Shown here: piece by piece, positions 6,658 to 11,846 of the stretch
Numbering within the stretch: position 1 is the first letter of the stretch
How the letters are laid out: every line of letters begins with the position of its first letter
IMG/VR virus record: IMGVR_UViG_2579779084_000004
Location: 1-11,846 of that record
Reading direction: 5' to 3' (one strand)
Length of the DNA: 11,846 nucleotides
Source: a virus
Lineage: Duplodnaviria; Heunggongvirae; Uroviricota; Caudoviricetes
Program-made: the position numbers and the translations under genes
Notes under the pieces: generated by a model
Seen by the model: the letters and a program-made list of their open reading frames with translations, nothing else
Told to the model about the DNA's origin: nothing
The model's database searches: none

Positions 6658-7623
6658 TTACCCCCTGAACCCCGGCGGAATTTCGGTATCCGGCTCAGAA
6701 ATATGATTCACGCAACGCTGTACAGACGAACGCCCCAGGCGGATAACCAGTTCATCCCATTTTTCGCGAAGCTTTGACGGACTCATGATATTTTTTACCC
6801 AGAATGGATCCCGCTGCGCCCGACCAAACATTTCACAAATTTGTCTGTGAGTTCTGCCATCCAGCATCCGCATTGTGCGCACGTCGTTGGCCCATGCGGT
6901 CCAGTTGGGTTCTTTCGGTCGCGAAATCTCGCCATCATCGCTGGCGGCCTGCTCGTAAAGACTCACGATTCGTCCCCAGATCCACTGCGCACACGCCAAA
7001 TCTTCCTGGTTGCCCCACTGGCGTTTTTTTGCACTGAACACAACCGCGTCAGGGTGTCGGGTTAAAAAATCCTGTTCAACCGTCTGCGGGTCCGGTTGCG
7101 AAGCTTCCGGACGAGAAGTGTTTTTATTCTCTGTAGTAATCTCTGTTGTATTCTCTGTAAGATCATCAGGCCATTTTGACCCGATGACATTGAGTCGTTT
7201 TGAACCAATGGAACGTGCCATTTTGGCCCCTTCCATCGTGTCATTCTGACCTGATGGAGCAGCGCATTTTGACCTGATGGATTCGCTCACTTTGCCACCA
7301 TTTAAAAGCTCGCTCTCGTAATTAATCGTGTAAAAATTAGTCATATCACGCTTTGATTTATTGAGCTTTTCGCAACGCAAAAGCCCCAGCGTTTTCAGAC
7401 TTGCAAATGCGCGTTTTAACGTTGACTCTGACCAGAACGGGAACTGCTCCAGCCATTGTTCTGTTGTGTTATAAATCCAGCGAACACCATCACATTCCAT
7501 GCCGGAACCGGTATCTCTCAACCAGTAATGCAACTGCTGCAACACGATGGCTTCGTTCAGACCAATTTTCATCGCCAGCTGCGTGTTTATAACCAGCGGA
7601 CGTTCAGCAAAAAGGAGCTTCAT
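6658..7623 (-). CDS. Replication initiation protein (lambda O-like replisome organizer), 321 aa
   Basis: ATG at 7623 (MKLLFAERPLVINTQLAMKIGLNEAIVLQQLHYWL, typical phage replisome-organizer N-terminus). The central low-complexity region is encoded by DNA iterons; the C-terminal domain precedes the DnaC-like gene. Confidence 0.78.
   Translation of the reverse strand: MKLLFAERPLVINTQLAMKIGLNEAIVLQQLHYWLRDTGSGMECDGVRWIYNTTEQWLEQFPFWSESTLKRAFASLKTLGLLRCEKLNKSKRDMTNFYTINYESELLNGGKVSESIRSKCAAPSGQNDTMEGAKMARSIGSKRLNVIGSKWPDDLTENTTEITTENKNTSRPEASQPDPQTVEQDFLTRHPDAVVFSAKKRQWGNQEDLACAQWIWGRIVSLYEQAASDDGEISRPKEPNWTAWANDVRTMRMLDGRTHRQICEMFGRAQRDPFWVKNIMSPSKLREKWDELVIRLGRSSVQRCVNHISEPDTEIPPGFRG
7172..7375. 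repeat. Probable origin of replication: five ~23-bp-spaced iterons plus adjacent AT-rich segment, inside the initiator gene
   Basis: Direct repeats of consensus CATTTTGACC(Y)GATGGA starting at 7172, 7196, 7219, 7242 and 7265, followed by an AT-rich stretch around 7300-7375. Confidence 0.6.
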
Positions 7624-7643
7624 CCCCCCCCCAGAACACGTTA

Positions 7644-8069
7644 TCAATGCGCCACCACGGCATTTCCCGCCGGACCACCACGATTCATCTGATCGAACAA
7701 CACGATCGCTGCCGCAACAAACTCATCGATATCTTTCACCAGGCGCTCCCGTCGCTCGACAAGCTCCCGGTGATATTCCGAACTGTGGCTGCGCATTCGG
7801 GCCACCAGTGGAGGCGGCATTGCTTTTTCGATCGCCGGTAACAACGCCTGAATTTTTTTAACCGCATCAGGGGTGTCTTTTTCTACCCAGCGGAAAATTT
7901 TCTGGGTATTACGAGACAGGGCTTCCGGATGGCTGTCGTCATACAGTTCAGGAAACGTCATCCCCAGTTCGAAATAAGTCCGGGCTATTTCAGCTGCAGG
8001 AACTTTCTCACCATCAGGGTATGCCCAGGCATTCATCGCCATGCGGATGTGCTCATGTTTGATTTTCAT
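7644..8069 (-). CDS. ydaT: YdaT-like protein (CII-like regulator of Rac-type prophages)
   Basis: 141-aa ORF beginning MKIKHEHI, which I recall as the Rac YdaT N-terminus; immediately downstream of the Cro-like gene. Confidence 0.75.
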   Translation of the reverse strand: MKIKHEHIRMAMNAWAYPDGEKVPAAEIARTYFELGMTFPELYDDSHPEALSRNTQKIFRWVEKDTPDAVKKIQALLPAIEKAMPPPLVARMRSHSSEYHRELVERRERLVKDIDEFVAAAIVLFDQMNRGGPAGNAVVAH

Positions 8070-8376
8070 GAATCATTTGCCTCTTGATGCTTCGGGTATG
8101 ATCGTTTTCGTCATTTGGTTGCTTCATCGACATATTCTGCGAATAACATGACGAGCGTCGTAAGTATGTCCAATCAACATCAGGACGAAGTTCTTCACAC
8201 AGGACACCACCTTTTGTTGCTCGTTCAATCGCAGGACATCTCTCAGCAGGTAACTGACGTACACCTTTGATCCATTGATTTACGCTTGGAGGAGATACAC
8301 CTAAAAGCCTAGCCATTGCTGATTGCCCACCGACAACAGCACAAGCTCGTTTGAATGAATAGTTATCTTTTTTCAT
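8053..8376 (-). CDS. ydaS: YdaS-like Cro-type HTH repressor
   Basis: ATG at 8376 with GGAG 8 nt upstream; MKKDNYSFKRACAVVGGQSAMARLLGVSPPSVNQWIKGVRQLPAERCPAIERATKG closely resembles Rac YdaS. Divergent from the CI-like gene. Confidence 0.8.
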   Translation of the reverse strand: MKKDNYSFKRACAVVGGQSAMARLLGVSPPSVNQWIKGVRQLPAERCPAIERATKGGVLCEELRPDVDWTYLRRSSCYSQNMSMKQPNDENDHTRSIKRQMIHENQT

Positions 8377-8403
8377 CGAATGAACTCCAAAAAACACGCA
8401 ACA

Positions 8404-8474
8404 ATATTAGGCTTAGCCTAATGAAATTGTCAATAGGCTAAGCCTAATACATCGGGAGTAGGGATTGCCTAACG
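8404..8474. promoter_or_regulatory. Divergent immunity control region: three 17-bp palindromic operators (TTAGGC-N3-GCCTAA) overlapping a PR-like promoter for ydaS and the racR promoter
   Basis: Operators at 8406-8422 (perfect palindrome ATTAGGCTTAGCCTAAT), 8432-8448 and 8458-8474 (one mismatch). Minus-strand promoter: -35 TTGACA (8428-8433), 18-bp spacer, -10 TAATAT (8404-8409). Confidence 0.6.
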
Positions 8475-8500
8475 CGATGCGCATAGGAGACTATTAAGCA

Positions 8501-8977
8501 ATGCTTAGTGGTAAAGACTTAGGCCGAGCGATAGAGCAGGCCATTAACAAAAAAATTGCATCAGGAGCCGTCAAATCAAAGGCGGAAATCGCACGTCATT
8601 TCAAAGTCCAACCACCATCAATCCATGACTGGATTAAGAAAGGTTCGATAAGTAAAGACAAACTTCCAGAACTATGGCGTTTCTTTTCTGATGTGGTTGG
8701 TCCAGAGCATTGGGGGCTTAACGAATACCCCATACCAACCCCATCCACTTCAGATACAAAAAGTGAACTTTTAGACATAAACAGCCTTTATCAAGCCGCC
8801 TCTGATGAAAAAAGAGCAATTGTGGCTTTCATCTTATCTGGAAATGCTACGGAGCCTAGTTGGGTTGATCATGACGTTCGCGCCTACATTGCCGCAATGG
8901 AAATGAAGGTAGCTAACTATCTGAAAAATCAAGAATCAAAACGGAAAAGCCAGAACATCACCAAGACAGGAACTTAA
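8501..8977 (+). CDS. racR: RacR-like prophage repressor (CI-like, 158 aa)
   Basis: MLSGKDLGRAIEQAINKKIASGAVKSKAEIARHFKVQPPSIHDWIKKGSISKDKLPELW... matches Rac RacR as I recall it; N-terminal HTH; AGGAG SD upstream; divergent from the Cro-like gene. Confidence 0.82.
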   Translation: MLSGKDLGRAIEQAINKKIASGAVKSKAEIARHFKVQPPSIHDWIKKGSISKDKLPELWRFFSDVVGPEHWGLNEYPIPTPSTSDTKSELLDINSLYQAASDEKRAIVAFILSGNATEPSWVDHDVRAYIAAMEMKVANYLKNQESKRKSQNITKTGT

Positions 8978-9070
8978 ACTTATATGGTCCGACGGGAAAT
9001 TCCTAGTTCCCGTTAGTTAACTCCTACTACCTCTTCCACAAACCATCACCTATTAGGTTGCGCCCAAATT

Positions 9071-9114
9071 ATTAGGCATAGCCTATTGACAAGTAATTAG
9101 GCATTTCCTATAGT
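9071..9114 (+). promoter_or_regulatory. PL-like early promoter with overlapping operators
   Basis: -35 TTGACA (9086-9091), 17-bp spacer, -10 TATAGT (9109-9114). Operator ATTAGGCATAGCCTATT (9071-9087) overlaps the -35; a second copy (9095-9111) overlaps the spacer/-10; a degenerate third lies near 9051-9067. Confidence 0.65.
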
Positions 9115-9295
9115 TTTCCCATACCAACCCATCCCGTCCCACACAATACAGGGCAATACCTCGAGTTACCAGGCAGTGGTCAGGGGTTAAGTAGCCAGCC
9201 CGAGGCGTAAGAACATGACGGCAGGGTTCAACTTTAATAACTATGCAGCAGGTTTTTGTTCCGCTACCCCGGCGTTAAGGGGAAATGAGGTCAAC

Positions 9296-9451
9296 ATGGA
9301 TACTATCGATCTTGGCAACAACGAATCTCTGGTATGTGGCGTGTTCCCCAACCAGGACGGTACGTTCACCGCGATGACGTATACCAAAAGCAAAACGTTT
9401 AAAACCGAAAATGGTGCCCGTCGCTGGCTGGAAAGAAACTCAGGTGAGTGA
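9296..9451 (+). CDS. ydfA: Small protein, YdfA/YdaF-like (DUF1391-type, 51 aa)
   Basis: ATG at 9296 with GAGG 6 nt upstream; MDTIDLGNNESLVCGVFPNQDGTFTAMTYTKSKTFKTENGARRWLERNSGE. First gene after the PL-like promoter, as in the Qin dicB operon. An in-frame ATG at 9215 would give a 78-aa alternative. Confidence 0.6.
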   Translation: MDTIDLGNNESLVCGVFPNQDGTFTAMTYTKSKTFKTENGARRWLERNSGE

Positions 9452-9452
9452 T

Positions 9453-9581
9453 ATGGATTTCGACACAATCATGGAAAAGGCTTACGAAGAATACTTCGAA
9501 GGCCTTGCCAAAGGCGAAGAAGCTCTCAGCTTCAGTGAGTTTATACAGGCGCTTTCCAGCTCGGCAAAATCTAACGGCTGA
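9453..9581 (+). CDS. ydfB: Small protein, YdfB/YdaG-like (42 aa), absent from the ORF track
   Basis: Hand translation from ATG 9453: MDFDTIMEKAYEEYFEGLAKGEEALSFSEFIQALSSSAKSNG; AGGTGA SD 5 nt upstream; starts 1 nt after the preceding stop. Confidence 0.55.
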   Translation: MDFDTIMEKAYEEYFEGLAKGEEALSFSEFIQALSSSAKSNG

Positions 9582-9610
9582 TAAGCGAAGCAGCACCGCG
9601 AGGAATCAGT

Positions 9611-9850
9611 ATGCAGAAACGAGAACCCGTCATCATCGCGCCAGACTATACCGATGATGAACTTTATGAGTGGATGCACCAGAAAATTAAGGCTGCGCAG
9701 GACCTGAAATGGGCCAATGAAGCCAGGGCTAAGCAAGCTGAAAATCTGTCCGCTCTGGAGCAGGATATCACCAATCTGGAAAAAGCAGCGGCATTAAGCA
9801 TTGCCAAGAATGATTACATACCCACGTTAATGGCTAACCAACGAGGCTAA
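9611..9850 (+). CDS. Small protein, YdfC-like (79 aa)
   Basis: ATG at 9611 with GAGGAA SD 5 nt upstream; coiled-coil-like AKQAENLSALEQDITNLEKAAA. Position matches ydfC in the Qin dicB operon; length differs from what I recall, so no symbol assigned. Confidence 0.55.
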   Translation: MQKREPVIIAPDYTDDELYEWMHQKIKAAQDLKWANEARAKQAENLSALEQDITNLEKAAALSIAKNDYIPTLMANQRG

Positions 9851-9852
9851 TA

Positions 9853-10260
9853 ATGGAATTTAAAGATTTACCAAAAGAAATCCAGATAATTGCTGCAACG
9901 ACACTCGGTGATAGTCTGCTGAAAATTGACCCGGCATACACCAAAAAAGAAACCATCGATAATATGGTTCGTAATGTGCGCAATGCTTTTTCAGGGCTAT
10001 ATGGTTCTGATAATCAAAAACAGGAAAACGATATTGATGAACGGGTAATTTCTGTTTGCCTGAATGGTCATGTTATTTCAGCAATCAGAACAGAAACGGC
10101 AACTGCTTTTGATTATCTCTGCATGATTCAGAGTCTTGCTGATGTTCTGTTGAAATCAAAAGATTTAGAAAACGATGCAAATTTACAGGGGCGCACAATA
10201 GCACATCCATATGCACATACTTTAGGCTCTGTGGATATCAAAGATCCCACAAATCTTTAA
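9853..10260 (+). CDS. Hypothetical protein (135 aa), AT-rich, no recognised family
   Basis: ATG at 9853 sits 2 nt after the ydfC-like stop with GAGG 6 nt upstream, so it is co-transcribed with the early operon. Composition is markedly more AT-rich than flanking genes. Confidence 0.55.
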   Translation: MEFKDLPKEIQIIAATTLGDSLLKIDPAYTKKETIDNMVRNVRNAFSGLYGSDNQKQENDIDERVISVCLNGHVISAIRTETATAFDYLCMIQSLADVLLKSKDLENDANLQGRTIAHPYAHTLGSVDIKDPTNL

Positions 10261-10471
10261 TGAAATAGTTAACGCGAATTGTACTTGCTCTTTCAGTTGC
10301 TTTCAGAATACGCGTTGAAACTGCTGGCGGTAATTTAGTATTCCATTTATTAAAATCATGCCCGGAAAAGTACTCTTCGAAAATACTTTTAACTGCAGAC
10401 TCGCCTATTGAAATGCTGCTTACCATGCGATTTTGATAAAGGCATTTAGCAATAAGAGTTGATTTTAACAT
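10238..10471 (-). CDS. Hypothetical protein (77 aa), convergent with and overlapping the 3' end of the 135-aa gene
   Basis: ATG at 10471 preceded by AGGAGGG at 4-nt spacing; AT-rich; 23-bp 3' overlap with the plus-strand gene. No family recognised. Confidence 0.45.
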   Translation of the reverse strand: MLKSTLIAKCLYQNRMVSSISIGESAVKSIFEEYFSGHDFNKWNTKLPPAVSTRILKATERASTIRVNYFIKDLWDL

Positions 10472-10794
10472 TCACCCTCCTGAGGGTTGGTAATTAAGGA
10501 GTTCTCCACGGGTGAGGTGGAGTGCGTGCGCCGGACACGGGTGAGCATCCGGCACTGACAGTTTACTGAAAGGATATATCCCTGAAAAGTCAGGGCATAA
10601 CACGAAAGCGTACGGCGAAGGCCTTCACCTATGAGGCTTGTCGTTAAATTTAATTCGACCGTACGCTTCCGGTTGTGGCAATCCGCGAAATGGCGCGGCG
10701 GTAAGTATGGCAGGGGTACTATTCTCCCTCCCCTGTGGAGCACCGGGTTGTCAGGTTGACCATACGCTTAAGTGACAACTCCGCTGCAACAACC

Positions 10795-10857
10795 CATGCT
10801 GATTACCTTTTGGCGGGTATCCGTTTTTTGTTTTCCCTTGTGATACCCGCCCTTTTT
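10795..10857 (+). ncRNA. dicF: DicF-like small RNA (divergent variant) with intrinsic terminator
   Basis: UUUGGCGGGUAUC...GAUACCCGCCCUUUUU forms a 10-bp stem (10812-10821 with 10842-10851) plus U5 tail, resembling the K-12 DicF 3' region as I recall it. Lies about 180 nt upstream of dicB, as in Qin. Confidence 0.5.
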
Positions 10858-11040
10858 AAAGTGAATTTTGTGATGCGGTGAATGCGGCTCAGCGCACGCG
10901 GAACAGTTAAAAAGGCCAGTTGACTTCCGTATTGGTTCTTATGGGTGGGTTCTCTGTATCCGGCGTTAATTGTTAACTGGTTAACGTCACCTGGAGGCAC
11001 CAGGCGCCGCATCACAAAATTCATTGTTGAGGACGCGATA

Positions 11041-11229
11041 ATGGAAACGTTATTACCAAACGTCAATACGTCTGAAGGTTGTTTTGAAATTGGTGTCAGA
11101 ATCAGTAACCCTGTATTTACTGAAGATGCCATTAATAAGAGAAAATACGAACGGGAGCTATTAAATAAAATATGCATTCTTTCAATGCTGGCCCGTTTAC
11201 GCCCGATGCAAAAAGGATACTGGCAATGA
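11041..11229 (+). CDS. dicB: DicB cell-division inhibitor (62 aa)
   Basis: ATG at 11041 with GAGGA SD; METLLPNVNTSEGCFEIGVRISNPVFTEDAINKRKYERELLNKICILSMLARLRPMQKGYWQ is near-identical to K-12 DicB as I recall it. Confidence 0.85.
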   Translation: METLLPNVNTSEGCFEIGVRISNPVFTEDAINKRKYERELLNKICILSMLARLRPMQKGYWQ

Positions 11230-11429
11230 ATACTGCTATTGCCCTCACTCTGACTGTTTTTCTTAATACTGGCGAGCCTGTTGACATGGTTATTAACATT
11301 TACGGTTCAATGAAAGAATGCATAGCTGCCGCAGCAGAACAAAAAATTCCCGGTAACTGCTATCCGGTCGATAAAGTTATTCACATGGATAATAACGAAA
11401 TCCCGGCAGGACTTAAAACAGCGCCGTAA
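11226..11429 (+). CDS. ydfD: YdfD-like small protein (67 aa; hydrophobic N-terminus), translationally coupled to dicB
   Basis: ATG at 11226 overlaps the dicB stop (ATGA); MNTAIALTLTVFLNTGEPVDMVINIYGSMKECIAAAAEQKIPGNCYPVDKVIHMDNNEIPAGLKTAP; position as ydfD in Qin. Confidence 0.55.
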   Translation: MNTAIALTLTVFLNTGEPVDMVINIYGSMKECIAAAAEQKIPGNCYPVDKVIHMDNNEIPAGLKTAP

Positions 11430-11508
11430 TTAATATCCGGTTTCATTTTATATGCCAGCAATGGCAGGGATTTGTTCACCCTTAAATCTGTAATGAGGTT
11501 AAAACAAC

Positions 11509-11846
11509 ATGAGTAAAGTCTTTATTTGCGCCGCTATTCCGGACGAACAGGCAATAAAGGAAGAAGGTGCAGTCGCTGTAGCCACTGCCATTGAAGCTGG
11601 CGACGAACGCCGCGCCCGTGCCAAATTTACCTGGCAATTCCTGGAGCAATATCCGGCTGCTCAGGACTGCGCTTATAAATTTCTTGTTTGCGAGGATAAA
11701 CCCGGTATACCCCGCCCTGCCCTCGATTCCTGGGATGCTGAATATATGCAGGAAAACCGCTGGGATGAGGAGTCAGCTTCCTTTGTCCCGGTTGAGACTG
11801 AATCAGATCCGATGAACGTCACTTTTGACAAGCTGGCCCCTGAAGT
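11509..11846 (+). CDS. Partial CDS (N-terminal 112 codons, runs off window end): probable RecE-like exodeoxyribonuclease VIII
   Basis: ATG at 11509 with GAGG upstream; open to the window end (MSKVFICAAIPDEQAIKEEGAVAVATAIEAGDERRARAKF...). The N-terminus resembles prophage exonuclease VIII annotations as I recall them, and the position matches recE in Rac. Confidence 0.45.
   Translation, partial: MSKVFICAAIPDEQAIKEEGAVAVATAIEAGDERRARAKFTWQFLEQYPAAQDCAYKFLVCEDKPGIPRPALDSWDAEYMQENRWDEESASFVPVETESDPMNVTFDKLAPE

Noticed and set aside
7172-7281. Regularly spaced direct repeats considered as a possible CRISPR array or tandem repeat element
   Set aside because: Repeats are about 17 bp, imperfect, lie inside a coding region and are followed by an AT-rich stretch; this fits replication-origin iterons, not CRISPR.
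5644-7861. Numerous plus-strand ORFs opposite the replication genes (for example 5771-6211, 6280-6777, 7547-7861)
   Set aside because: All are antisense to coding regions with recognisable protein motifs and have low-complexity translations.
8992-9012. Hairpin after racR (ACGGGA-N9-TCCCGT) as a possible terminator
   Set aside because: No U-rich tail follows on the plus strand, so not convincing as an intrinsic terminator; may be a minor structural element.
9215-9295. N-terminal extension of the ydfA-like gene (78-aa version from ATG 9215)
   Set aside because: The 51-aa version from ATG 9296 has a better-placed SD and matches the expected family length; the extension cannot be excluded without homolog alignment.
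10465-10743. 92-aa minus-strand ORF in the structured region
   Set aside because: Non-ATG start, Arg/Cys/Pro-rich low-complexity translation, and it lies across several strong hairpins; more likely non-coding.
1-11846. Search for tRNA, rRNA, integrase, att sites, IS elements or a retron-type reverse transcriptase
   Set aside because: No tRNA-like T-loop or anticodon-arm signatures, no transposase- or RT-like ORFs and no terminal inverted repeats were seen by eye; cannot be fully excluded without tRNAscan or ISfinder-type searches.

Overview
This window looks like the early/immunity region of an E. coli-type lambdoid prophage, a mosaic of Rac-like and Qin-like modules. All family assignments rest on reading the translated ORFs and recalling family sequences; no database search was run. 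Reading left to right: a minus-strand block with a partial Q-like antiterminator, RusA, a DUF968-like protein, a hok/mok/sok type I toxin locus in an AT-rich island, a chain of translationally coupled small unknown proteins (two strongly acidic), a DnaC-like helicase loader, an O-like initiator with an internal iteron origin, and CII-like ydaT plus Cro-like ydaS. A divergent operator region separates these from plus-strand racR (CI-like repressor). Downstream of racR sits a consensus PL-like promoter, then ydfA/ydfB/ydfC-like small genes, a DicF-like sRNA, dicB, a ydfD-like gene and the start of a RecE-like exonuclease. The best candidate for something undescribed is the AT-rich convergent gene pair at 9853-10471 together with the adjacent structured non-coding region (10480-10800). 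A second candidate is the pair of small acidic proteins at 3278-3629, one with a hairpin-split ribosome binding site.
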